A stretch of DNA of 63,343 nucleotides, the filler included. It is 8 parts of 8 records of this genome, joined end to end, with 100 filler letters (N's around TTAATTAATTAA, not from the genome) between each part and the next. Parts side by side here need not be neighbours in the genome. Positions count along the whole stretch, not along the records: positions 9,319 to 19,711 come from SRR31147125_11651; 7 more parts are not named here. One strand, written 5' to 3'. Positions 10,185-19,710 of the stretch are shown one piece after another. The notes beneath the pieces were generated by a model, which ran no database searches, was not told the origin of the DNA, and saw nothing but the letters and a program-made list of their open reading frames with translations. Numbering within the stretch: position 1 is the first letter of the stretch; every line of letters begins with the position of its first letter. Made by a program: the position numbers and the translations under genes.

Positions 10185-13052
10185 ATGTTAGTTTCAAAAT
10201 CGAAAAAAACAGATTCACTGCCACCAGCACTTCCTTATGCAAAATGTCATGCCAAAACCGATGAAACCGGAGACCCCGGTATCAATGTAGAACAACATCT
10301 ACATAATGTCACTTCCGTTTGTCAAATCCTAAAACAACAGTTGCCCCCCATTCTGAAGCCTCTTGGAAATTCCGCAGTCAAATCCGCTTCAGTGCATGAT
10401 GTCGGAAAGGTCTCTCCGGGATTTCAATTGAAGTACTTCCGAAACGATCTTGTAAATCACCTCCCGGAATTTACCGACAAACCACTTGGAAATTATGTGA
10501 CAGACCACGCCCATATCGGAGCCTGCGCGCTTTGGCACTATTTGAGTAAAGAGGATCCATTCCGCTGCCCTACAATCGCTCAAATTGCCGCAATGCATCA
10601 CGGCACAATCCGAGCCGAGCCGATTCCAAAAGACTTCGGTGATCTTCTGGGAGGCCATGAATGGAGCAAACAACGGGAAAAACTCATTCAAAAGATGGAA
10701 ACCCAATACGGTTCATTAAGTTTTGAAGTTCAATCCACTGTACAACGAGATTGCATAGCCGGAATGGTGACCCTCTCAGACTGGATCGGATCGGATGAAT
10801 CCTTTTTTCCACCAAAAGGATTTACCACCGACATCGATACCGAAGCAGTTGCCCATCATGCCGTGGCCGCTTGCGGACTTTGTAAACCGACCATAACACC
10901 GGGATTGTCCTTTCAAGACATTTTTGGGTTTTCCCCTTTTGAAATCCAGGAACGGTTGAGTTCCGTGGTGAGCGCGCATGAAACACCGGGGGTATATGTG
11001 CTTGAAGCCCCCATGGGAATGGGAAAAACCGAAGCCGCTCTCTATGCCGCCTATCGTCTCATGGCAAGCGGCCGGAACAGCGGTTTTTTCTTCGGCCTTC
11101 CCACCCGTTTGACCAGTGACGGAATTCATGAACGAATCAATCCATTTCTCCAAAAGATCTGTTCCGATGATACCCCACCCAAACTGGCCCACGGCACGGC
11201 TTGGCTGAAATCGTTTTGGCGTTCATCTTTCGAAAAGGGAGGAAAGGAATTCAAACCGGGAAATTCATGGTTCAACCCTCGAAAACGAGCATTGCTTCAC
11301 CCCTTTGTCGTGGGCACCGTGGATCAGGCCTTGATGAGCGTTCTTAGAGTCAAGCAGCATTTTGTCCGCACCTTTGGTCTGGCCGGCAAAGTGGTGATCT
11401 TGGATGAAGTGCACAGTTATGACGGCTACACCGGTACCCTGATCGAAACCATGGCATCCCAACTGACCGAAATCGGTTGTTCGGTCATCATTCTATCCGC
11501 CACCCTGACCGCGGAACGACGTGCCGCTTTTTTTAAAAGCGATAGAGGCAAGGCAGGGGATAATGAATCCGATAGCATATCGGATGACACACCCCATTCA
11601 TCCCCGACCTCCCTTGATGCCGCTCTTTGCTGTCCTTATCCACTGATCAGCGGTGGCACATTCACCGAGTCTGCACCACCGCCGATGGGAAAACGATATG
11701 CTGTTTCCATCAAACATATAACCAATCGAGAACTGGCGGAGCATGCTGTTGAAAAAGCCATGACATCCCACTGTGTCCTCTGCATTGCCAATACCGTAGC
11801 CAAAGCCCAGGCATGGTACGACGCAATATCTTCAGAAGCGCCGGAAAGGGCATTTCCCATTGGATTGCTGCATTCCAAATTTCCCGGATTTCAACGGGCT
11901 GAGATCGAAAATCTATGGATGATGCGCCTTGGAAAGGAAAAGTATGACAAAAAAAGTGACGAAACAAACACCCCCTTCAATAGAAATAATGCAAAAAGAC
12001 ATACCAGTTGCGACAAACGGCCCAAAGGCTGCATTTTGGTTGCCACCCAAGTGGTGGAGCAAAGTGTGGATATCGATGCTGATTATCTGATCACGGAACT
12101 TGCTCCGACCGATATGCTGCTTCAACGCATGGGGCGACAGTGGCGCCATTCCAGAAGAGTTCGACCTTGCGACATGCCTGAAACCCTCATCGTATCCGGA
12201 GATCCCGATCATGCCGACTCAATGGAAGAGATTTTGGAAGCATTCGGTAAATCCAATTGTCATGTCTATGCCCCGTGGGTATTGTGGCGAACACTGGACG
12301 TATGGAAAGAGTACAAGACAGTAGATCTCCCCGGTGATATCCGATTATTGCTGGAAGCGACTTACGACAGCCATCAAGCCGGTGACAATCCTCTAAACCA
12401 TGACTTTCCGTACAAACCGGATCAAATCAATGGGGCTGTAAAGAATAATGGACCGGAAGAGATCTCGCCCGCTTCAATGAAAATCTCTTTGCTGGAGATA
12501 TTGCACCACAATTTTGAGCAGATGCGAGATGCACTTGAGAGCAAAGCAAAAGCCAATCTGTCAAGCGTCACCACCATGCCGACGGGTGAGGACCATGAAG
12601 CATGTGCCACACGCTACAGCGATCTGCCCACCACTCAAACGCTACTGGTCAAAAAAATCGACAGCACCGGTGATCAAGCAAAATTGACCCTGCTCAGTGG
12701 AGAGACGGTGGTTGTCAACGCTTCCCGTCCGGATATGGCGGTAACAGCCAAACTCCATCTCAATCTTGTCACCGTTCCAACATGGCTTGTGAATCGTATT
12801 GGGTCTTCTGAGACACCGCGGTTTTTGAAAAAACACTTTTATGAAGCCACCCCCATATTCCTCTGGGACGAGATCAGCAGCGAACTCACACTTAACGGTA
12901 AACCCACAGATTTCAAGTACACCCCCTTGAAAGGACTTTTCCGGGTATCACATCCGGAATCGACACCATCGGAAAACCATAAAACAAACGATATCTATCT
13001 ATCCGACTATGAATCAATAGACCTGTTCGATAAATCCAAATTCGACTGGTAA
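10185..13052 (+). CDS. cas3: CRISPR-associated helicase/nuclease Cas3
   Basis: HD domain (EQHL, VHDVGK, HHG, LSDWIGSD) plus SF2 motifs APMGMGKT, DEVH, LSAT, ATQVVEQSVDID, QRMGRQWRH. Confidence 0.96.
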   Translation: MLVSKSKKTDSLPPALPYAKCHAKTDETGDPGINVEQHLHNVTSVCQILKQQLPPILKPLGNSAVKSASVHDVGKVSPGFQLKYFRNDLVNHLPEFTDKPLGNYVTDHAHIGACALWHYLSKEDPFRCPTIAQIAAMHHGTIRAEPIPKDFGDLLGGHEWSKQREKLIQKMETQYGSLSFEVQSTVQRDCIAGMVTLSDWIGSDESFFPPKGFTTDIDTEAVAHHAVAACGLCKPTITPGLSFQDIFGFSPFEIQERLSSVVSAHETPGVYVLEAPMGMGKTEAALYAAYRLMASGRNSGFFFGLPTRLTSDGIHERINPFLQKICSDDTPPKLAHGTAWLKSFWRSSFEKGGKEFKPGNSWFNPRKRALLHPFVVGTVDQALMSVLRVKQHFVRTFGLAGKVVILDEVHSYDGYTGTLIETMASQLTEIGCSVIILSATLTAERRAAFFKSDRGKAGDNESDSISDDTPHSSPTSLDAALCCPYPLISGGTFTESAPPPMGKRYAVSIKHITNRELAEHAVEKAMTSHCVLCIANTVAKAQAWYDAISSEAPERAFPIGLLHSKFPGFQRAEIENLWMMRLGKEKYDKKSDETNTPFNRNNAKRHTSCDKRPKGCILVATQVVEQSVDIDADYLITELAPTDMLLQRMGRQWRHSRRVRPCDMPETLIVSGDPDHADSMEEILEAFGKSNCHVYAPWVLWRTLDVWKEYKTVDLPGDIRLLLEATYDSHQAGDNPLNHDFPYKPDQINGAVKNNGPEEISPASMKISLLEILHHNFEQMRDALESKAKANLSSVTTMPTGEDHEACATRYSDLPTTQTLLVKKIDSTGDQAKLTLLSGETVVVNASRPDMAVTAKLHLNLVTVPTWLVNRIGSSETPRFLKKHFYEATPIFLWDEISSELTLNGKPTDFKYTPLKGLFRVSHPESTPSENHKTNDIYLSDYESIDLFDKSKFDW

Positions 13053-13084
13053 CACTCAAGTGACATCAACGAAAGGAAAACTTC

Positions 13085-14527
13085 ATGAACCTGACGGATA
13101 CCCCTTGGATTCCCATCGTAAAGCAAGATGGCAATCGAGAAATGGTAAGTTTGGTGACTCTGTTTCAAGATGGAGAGACCATTCGAGATTTGGCTGTTAC
13201 TCCACCTCAACGTATCGCCCTAATGCGTCTTTTAATTTGCATTACCCAAGCGGCACTCAATGGTCCAGAAGATGAAAAATCCTGGTTTTCCTCGAAAGAT
13301 GAGATTTCCGAAGTTGTGACAACGTATCTCGAAAAATGGCATGAGGCTTTCGATCTCTACGGAGAGAATCCTTTTTTACAAGCAACAAATTTACAGCCTT
13401 TAGACAATGCCACCCTAGACAAACTCGATTTTGATCTTTCCGCCGGCAATAATTCCGCTCTGTTCGATCACGAAGCCAACCCCTCTGGTCGAATGCATTC
13501 ACCCGCATGGTGCGCCTTGAGGCTGCTGACTTTTCAATGTTTTTCACCAGGGGGCCTCATCGGAACAACACAGTGGGGCAAAAGAAAAACCACCAAAACA
13601 AGCGAGCACGCCCCGGCAATCGAGGGCTCTTTGTTGCATACATACCTTCGTGGAGATGAATTATTGACAACGATCTGGATGAACCTTCTCACCCAATCCA
13701 TGGTTGACGCACTCCCAAGCATGGCATTTGGGAGGCCCGTCTGGGAAGATACCCAAATTTCACAAGGGAATCCAAAAGCAACGCTGACGTCATCGGAATC
13801 GTACCTCGGCCGCTTGGTGCCTCTCTCACGAGCCATTTCACTCGATCATGATAAAATGACTTTTACTTTGTCCAACGGTCTGGCTTACCCCAAGCTCCCC
13901 ATACAGCGGGAGCCTTGTGCTACAGTGGTCAGACGAGGCAAAGGAAAAAACGAAAAAGATATGTACATTGCCGTCAACCTATCACGCCATCCTTGGAGAG
14001 AATTGTCTTCGGTCTTATCCCTGAAAAGAGCAACCGTTGCCGGAGGGGCAGTTAGCTTGACCCATCTTAACCATATCAAAGCAAACCGGGTGGACATCTG
14101 GACCGGAGGAATGGCAGCAGATAAAGGCAAAATTCTGGACGTTGCAGAGTGGAACTTTTCTCTTCCTGTGGAAATGTTGGATTCCACGGAGTTATCGATT
14201 TATGACAAAGGGGTCGAGTTGGCCCGAAACGGAGAGTTCAGCTTAAGAGAAACGATCAAAGAGTGGCATAAAGAGATGGCAGTGGACCCCAAAAGCATCT
14301 CTTATGAAAAGGCCCTGACGTTTTACTGGTCAACGCTGGATAAACAATACAACATACTGATCCAATGTGTCACTAAATCAGAACCGTTACATCAAAAATG
14401 GTTTCCAACCATACGCCGTAATATGAATGCCGCCTTTGCCCACGCCTGCCCACATACGACACCCCGGCAGATTCAAGCCTTTGCAAAGGCTGGGCAAAAA
14501 CTTCGATTGAAGAAACCGGATGCATGA
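13085..14527 (+). CDS. cas8e: Type I-E Cascade large subunit Cas8e (Cse1/CasA)
   Basis: MNLTDTPWIP N-terminus, FDLYGENPFLQ, position after cas3. Confidence 0.92.
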   Translation: MNLTDTPWIPIVKQDGNREMVSLVTLFQDGETIRDLAVTPPQRIALMRLLICITQAALNGPEDEKSWFSSKDEISEVVTTYLEKWHEAFDLYGENPFLQATNLQPLDNATLDKLDFDLSAGNNSALFDHEANPSGRMHSPAWCALRLLTFQCFSPGGLIGTTQWGKRKTTKTSEHAPAIEGSLLHTYLRGDELLTTIWMNLLTQSMVDALPSMAFGRPVWEDTQISQGNPKATLTSSESYLGRLVPLSRAISLDHDKMTFTLSNGLAYPKLPIQREPCATVVRRGKGKNEKDMYIAVNLSRHPWRELSSVLSLKRATVAGGAVSLTHLNHIKANRVDIWTGGMAADKGKILDVAEWNFSLPVEMLDSTELSIYDKGVELARNGEFSLRETIKEWHKEMAVDPKSISYEKALTFYWSTLDKQYNILIQCVTKSEPLHQKWFPTIRRNMNAAFAHACPHTTPRQIQAFAKAGQKLRLKKPDA

Positions 14528-14624
14528 CGCTTTTAATCCCAATGCTGTCTATCGCAACCATTCATAGCATTTGACCAAATACAATTCACTGTATCGAACA
14601 ACCAGTCACTGAGGAGAATACCCT

Positions 14625-15221
14625 ATGACAAAGAACGCTCAGACAAGAATTCAACGTTTTCTCGAATGGGCAAAAGAACGGGTCGAAGGCAAAGATCGGG
14701 GAACCCTTGCAGATCTGCGTCGGGGATTCAGTCCCGGAACGGAGTACCGCACCTGGCCCCATATCGCTCTTTACTGCAATGATCTCTCTAACGACAGGGA
14801 GCGTATGATCTGGCAAACCGTTGCCGCAGGATTTGCCACCCACGAATCGACCGTAAAAACAGGAAACCTGGGTACAACCATGAGAAGGCTGGCCCTGGAC
14901 GGAGCTACCGGATCACCGGAAGACGCCCTGAAATCTTTTGATGCCCGATTCCGACGACTGCTCACCTGCGACAGCGCCGTTGAAATCTGCGAACGTCTGC
15001 CCGGTGTCATCCGAGCGGCCAAAAGCAAAAACAATATTCCCATTGATTTCGAAACCCTTTATACCGATCTTCTTTATTGGGGAGAAAGGGTGAAACTTCG
15101 CTGGGCAGCTTCATACTGGGGGCACAGACAAGAAGAAAAAGACGAAACCGAAATACCTGCCATCTCCCTCCATTCCGATACTCCCGGTCTTGATAGCGAC
15201 CAATGGGAGAATAAACAATGA
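14625..15221 (+). CDS. cas11: Type I-E small subunit Cas11 (Cse2/CasB)
   Basis: LADLRRG, RFRRLL, IDFETLYTDLLYW...RWA motifs. Confidence 0.92.
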   Translation: MTKNAQTRIQRFLEWAKERVEGKDRGTLADLRRGFSPGTEYRTWPHIALYCNDLSNDRERMIWQTVAAGFATHESTVKTGNLGTTMRRLALDGATGSPEDALKSFDARFRRLLTCDSAVEICERLPGVIRAAKSKNNIPIDFETLYTDLLYWGERVKLRWAASYWGHRQEEKDETEIPAISLHSDTPGLDSDQWENKQ

Positions 15222-15802
15222 GCATACTCTCCCAGCTTATGGTCAACAAATCCGATGCCGCCCGCAGACGACTGACCGATTCCTACGCCTGGCACCGAAC
15301 CCTCTGGAAAAGCTTTCCGGACCGAGATGGACAACCTCGACAATTTTTATACCGTATCGACGATGCCGGATATCATTTCAGGCTGCTGATGCTCTCTTCA
15401 ACCATCCCTTCGGCATCGTCACTGGGACAATGGCAGAGCAAAACCGTTTCTCCATCCTTTCTGGATCACAAACAGTATCGATTTCAGATCAAAGCCAACC
15501 CTACCATGCGTCGCTCTTCGGATCGAAGACGCATCGGCATCTACTCGGAAGAAAAACTCCGTCGATGGATCCATAACAAAGCCGAACAAAACGGATTCGA
15601 CCTCAAAGCCAGTGCATTGATTGTTGGTAATCCCATGGATGAGGTGTTTGTCAGAAATCGTGTCCGCGGCAAGCACGTCTCCGTGGATTTCCAAGGTGCG
15701 TTGCAGGTAACGGATAGAGAAAAATTCACATTTGCTTTTGAAAACGGTATCGGCTCCGCCAAATCCTTCGGGTACGGCATGCTGATGCTGCAACCGGTCT
15801 GA
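15218..15802 (+). CDS. cas6e: Cas6e crRNA-processing endoribonuclease (Cse3/CasE)
   Basis: YAWHRTLW, FLYR, RFQIKANPT and G-rich loop GIGSAKSFGYGML. Confidence 0.95.
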   Translation: MSILSQLMVNKSDAARRRLTDSYAWHRTLWKSFPDRDGQPRQFLYRIDDAGYHFRLLMLSSTIPSASSLGQWQSKTVSPSFLDHKQYRFQIKANPTMRRSSDRRRIGIYSEEKLRRWIHNKAEQNGFDLKASALIVGNPMDEVFVRNRVRGKHVSVDFQGALQVTDREKFTFAFENGIGSAKSFGYGMLMLQPV

Positions 15803-15869
15803 ACCACCGACAATCGATTGAATCCATTGAACCAAATCCTATTTGGAAAATTATAAGGAGATCCCTATC

Positions 15870-16991
15870 ATGACCTTGATCGAACTTCATATTCTTCAAT
15901 CCTTTCCGGTATCCTGCCTCAACCGAGATGACGTGGGAGCACCGAAAACCGCTTATTTCGGTGGATGCCAGCGGGCCAGAGTGTCGAGCCAGGCATGGAA
16001 ACGCCCCATTCGAACCATGGCAAAACAAGAAGCCCCCGAATTATTTGCCGGTGAAAGAACTCGATTTGTTATTCGAGCCTTGGAAGCCGTTTATCAAAAA
16101 AACGGAGTGGATGACCCGGCAGCAAAATCCCTTGCCGTTGTCACGGCCGATTCCATGGGGAAACTTGACGATCCTGAAAAGGGAAACGTCAAAACCCTAC
16201 TCTACTTCTCCCCCAAGAACTTGAAAGCGTTGCATCCGATATTTTGAACAGCGACTATGAACCACTGCTTCAGACCATGACAGATGAAGGGACAAAGAAA
16301 AAAGATCGGGAGAAGGCAGGAAAAGCGCTGAAAAAAATCACGGACAAAGCATCGAAAAAACTCAAAAACAAGGTTAAAGACAATGCGGACATTGCCGTTT
16401 TCGGTCGAATGGTCGCAGACGACCATTCGTTGATGATCGAAGGGGCCGGACTGTTCAGTCATGCGTTGTCCACCCATTCCGTTGCCAATGAAATCGATTT
16501 TTTCAGCGCAGTGGATGACAATAACACCGCCGATGACGAAGGCGCAGGCCACCTGGGAACCCTGGAATACAACTCGGCCTGTTACTACCGCTATGTAGGT
16601 CTGAACATCGATATACTGAAAGACGAGAACCATCTGGAACATTTCAGCGACGATGCATTCGATCAGATTGTGGAAACCTTCGTCAGATCTTCGATCATGG
16701 CGGTTCCTACAGCCAGAAAAACTCCATGTTTGCCTTCAATCCACCGGCCCATGTATTAGGGCTGAAGCGAACCGGTCAGCCGTTATCTCTGGTCAATGCG
16801 TTTGAAAAACCGATCAAAAAATCCTTCAATGGATATATCGAAACAAGTGTCGAAATGATGAATCGTCAATGGGAATCTTTGGCAAACACCTATTGTCTCA
16901 AAAAAATGTCATTTCAGAGGCATCGATTCCGGAGAAAAACATTGATGATTTCATATCCGAGTTGATGATAAAGGAATCCACGAATGAATGA
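15870..16991 (+). CDS. cas7: Cas7 (Cse4/CasC), interrupted by three 1-nt deletions in homopolymers (16210-14, 16717-21, 16890-96)
   Basis: IELHILQSFPVSCLNRDDVGAPK, RVSSQAWKR, DIAVFGRM, DFFSAVDD, YYRY; restoring one base at each run gives one continuous ORF ending in an overlap with cas5; RBS AAGGAG 15855-15860. Confidence 0.9.
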
Positions 16992-17634
16992 TATCCCACA
17001 CTACCTTGCGCTTTATCTGGATGCGCCATTGCAAAGCTGGGGATACCAGAGCCGATTCGACAGACGCACCAGTTTTTCATTTCCTACAAGAAGCGGCATC
17101 ACCGGCATTATCTGTGCGGCCATGGGGGTCGACCGGGAAGATGATACTTCATTGAAGCGATTCTCAAAGTTGAAGATGACCATGCTGCTGTTCCAAAGCA
17201 GTGGACGGTTGATCGATTTTCACACCGTTGGTGGCGGCTGGAATAAAAAATCCGATCCAGGACACATTGTAAGAACCGCCCAAGGAGGCATCGGTACCAC
17301 TGTAATCACAAGGCGGGAATATCTCCAGGAAGCCAAGTTCGGCGTATCGATCAAGGGAGAGTTGAATTTCCTGAAAGAGATGGAAGACGCCTTGAAGAAT
17401 CCTCGATGGGGCATTTGGCTGGGCAGAAAATCCTGTATTCCGGCAACGCCCGTATGTCAGGGAATTTTTCAGGATCCGGAAGCAGCGGAAGCCCACTTGT
17501 CGAATCTCGCGGGCGTTCCGGTTCAGCGCACCGTAGAAGAGGCAGACTCATTCGAGGAAGGAAGCGACAGCCTCAATGACACCCCCGTCAACTTTGCAAA
17601 ACGACACTATGCTCCACGTAGAATACGGATATAA
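16984..17634 (+). CDS. cas5: Cas5e (CasD)
   Basis: APLQSWG, PTRSGITGIICAAMG, DFHTV, TRREYL, WLGRKSC motifs. Confidence 0.95.
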   Translation: MNDIPHYLALYLDAPLQSWGYQSRFDRRTSFSFPTRSGITGIICAAMGVDREDDTSLKRFSKLKMTMLLFQSSGRLIDFHTVGGGWNKKSDPGHIVRTAQGGIGTTVITRREYLQEAKFGVSIKGELNFLKEMEDALKNPRWGIWLGRKSCIPATPVCQGIFQDPEAAEAHLSNLAGVPVQRTVEEADSFEEGSDSLNDTPVNFAKRHYAPRRIRI

Positions 17635-17645
17635 GGACACACCCC

Positions 17646-18484
17646 ATGCCGATATTTGAAAAGCCGCCCCTGGAAACATTGACACCGGCCAAAGAGCGCT
17701 GGACTCCCATCTATCTGGAACACGGAAGACTTGAAGTAGATGATTCCAGCGTCAAGTGGATCGGTGCAGACCGTACCATTCTGCGGATTCCCATTGCCAC
17801 GGTGAGTGCGTTGATGCTCGGTCCGGGAACGTCAGTCACCCATGCGGCCATCAAAGCGTGTGCAGACTGCAATACTCCGGTTTGTTGGGTCGGTGCCGAG
17901 GGAATGCGTTTTTATGCATTCGGTGCTACGCCGACCCACGACAATGAACGGGCTCGAAAGCAGGCGGCCCTGCATACCTCAAAAAAAATCGGGAGCTCGT
18001 CGCTCGGCGTATGTTTGTGATGCGGTTTGGAGATGAGGCCGCAGTCGAGGGTAAAACCGTAAAAAAACTGATGGGAATGGAAGGCCGGCGAGTCAAGGAA
18101 ATGTACGTCACCTTGGGCCAAAAATATGGTGTCACCTGGAAGGGACGAAACTACAATCCGGATAACTGGCAGCTTGCCGATAACCTGAACAAAGCCATTT
18201 CCGCAGCCAATGCATCGTTGTATGCGCTGACCACAGCCGTTGTTTCGTCCATGGGCTATCTGCCTCAATTGGGATTTATCCATTCCGCAGGCACGTTACC
18301 GTTCGTTTTTGATATCGCCGATATTTACAAACCGGAAACGACATTGGAAGCGGCATTTCAGACCATCAGCATTACTCCTAAAGCCGATGAAAAGGCGACA
18401 CTCACCCGTCTCAAACAAATTATCGAACAGTCCAGACTATTATACCGAATGCCCAAAGATATCGGCAAACTGTTGGCGGACTGA
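17646..18484 (+). CDS. cas1: Type I-E Cas1 (1-nt deletion in A-run 17981-17988; ~279 aa when restored)
   Basis: IYLEHGRL, LMLGPGTSVTHAA, WVGAEGMRFYA, MGMEGRRV, WKGRNY, LGFIH, FVFDIADIYK. Confidence 0.94.
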
Positions 18485-18496
18485 ATCAGGAGGCCC

Positions 18497-18790
18497 ATGA
18501 CAGTCATCGTATGCAACGACACCCCACCTGCAATCAGGGGGATGCTCAAACGCTGGTTTGTAGAACCCAAACCCAATGTATTTGTGGGGACGGTCAATCG
18601 CAGAACTCGTGAAAAAACCGTCGAATATATACGGCGCAACGCGCCTGGATTGGGAATGTTGGTTTTGGCAACGGCCTCCAACTCCCAGGGATTTTCCATT
18701 GAGTCGTATGGAGAAACAAACCGAATTCCCGTACAATATGGGGGACACTACCTAATTGCCGAAAAGTGGAATGAGGATGAAGAGTGCTGA
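18497..18790 (+). CDS. cas2: Type I-E Cas2
   Basis: PPAIRGMLKRWFVEPKPNVFVG, NSQGF motifs; RBS AGGAGG; 97 aa. Confidence 0.95.
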   Translation: MTVIVCNDTPPAIRGMLKRWFVEPKPNVFVGTVNRRTREKTVEYIRRNAPGLGMLVLATASNSQGFSIESYGETNRIPVQYGGHYLIAEKWNEDEEC

Positions 18791-19590
18791 CAGCTTCTTT
18801 CTCCTGCTTTAAAGGTCTCTCCATCTCATCGGAAAAGAAGATATGGGAGCTTGGCTGTTTATCATGGGATGAGTTCGACTTTTTACCACCGAAAACATTT
18901 TCCGAAAAAAAAGCGGTTGCTGTACGCTCAGAGATAAAGCATGCAAAAATTGCACTGGACGCAGGAATGGCAGATTACTTTCTCAATCGTTTTTCCAATC
19001 CAGATAAGATGCGGGTATTACATGAATTCCAAAATCAAACGGCTATAGTTGATATTGAGACGACAGGTTTGACTGAAAAAGATGAAATTACAAGCATTGC
19101 TGTATTAAAACATGGAGAAATCTCTCTTTTCGTGAAACACATCAATCTTTCAGATTTTTTGGAGGCTATCCAGGATGTAAAATTACTGATCACTTTCAAT
19201 GGCACCCGATTCGACCTCCCCTTCATCAGAAAATATTTTGCCATTGATCTGCCAATTCCCCATTTGGATATTATGCCGGTGTTGAAGCAATTAGGGTACA
19301 CTGGTGGCCAAAAACGATGCGAGGAATTATTGCACCTAAAACGTACCCACTCGGAAGGGACGACTGGAATAGATGCTATTCATTTATGGAATCGTTGGGT
19401 AGATATCCGGAATCAAGCAGATTTGGAACAGCTGATGTTGTACAATGCCGAAGATGTGTTCATGTTGGAGAAGCTGGCCATCAAAAGCTATAACTTAGTC
19501 ATGAAAAACTTTCCGCAACGATTGAATTTGAAAAGCAATATAGCAAGTAACGTCCTGAAAGAAGAATTTCTTGTCAACCATGCTCTTTGA
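18784..19590 (+). CDS. DEDDy 3'-5' exonuclease, YprB/RNase_H_2 (COG3359-like), with N-terminal HhH-like segment
   Basis: ExoI D90-I-E92-TTG, ExoII TFNG..FD144, HLD, ExoIII Y220-NAE-D224; GTG start overlaps cas2 by 7 nt, SD GAGGA at 18773-18777. Confidence 0.85.
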   Translation: MLTASFSCFKGLSISSEKKIWELGCLSWDEFDFLPPKTFSEKKAVAVRSEIKHAKIALDAGMADYFLNRFSNPDKMRVLHEFQNQTAIVDIETTGLTEKDEITSIAVLKHGEISLFVKHINLSDFLEAIQDVKLLITFNGTRFDLPFIRKYFAIDLPIPHLDIMPVLKQLGYTGGQKRCEELLHLKRTHSEGTTGIDAIHLWNRWVDIRNQADLEQLMLYNAEDVFMLEKLAIKSYNLVMKNFPQRLNLKSNIASNVLKEEFLVNHAL

Positions 19591-19681
19591 AAATTTGCTA
19601 AAACTTGATTTTTTTTGTAACGGATTATGCAATACACATTATATTGTGCTTCCAATTCTTCATTCAATACCATATATTGGC
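19591..19681 (+). promoter_or_regulatory. CRISPR leader (AT-rich, ~90 bp)
   Basis: Non-coding AT-rich stretch between last operon gene and first repeat. Confidence 0.7.
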
Positions 19682-19710
19682 CTTTTCCCCACGCCCGTGG
19701 GGATGATCCG
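19682..19710 (+). CRISPR. First repeat of a type I-E CRISPR array, truncated by contig end: CTTTTCCCCACGCCCGTGGGGATGATCCG
   Basis: 29 nt, 7-bp stem TCCCCAC/GTGGGGA with 4-nt loop and 3' ATGATCCG, the same architecture as the E. coli I-E repeat; only one copy visible. Confidence 0.85.

Noticed and set aside
14568-15840. Similar CATT(T)GA(A)CCAAAT words in two cas intergenic gaps
   Set aside because: Short and imperfect; could be chance.
18760-18800. Cas2-exonuclease fusion broken by a sequencing indel
   Set aside because: The exonuclease frame has a TGA at 18778-18780, so only an indel in the AA at 18780-18781 could fuse them. The gene has its own SD and an N-terminus like stand-alone family members. 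Still worth confirming in reads.
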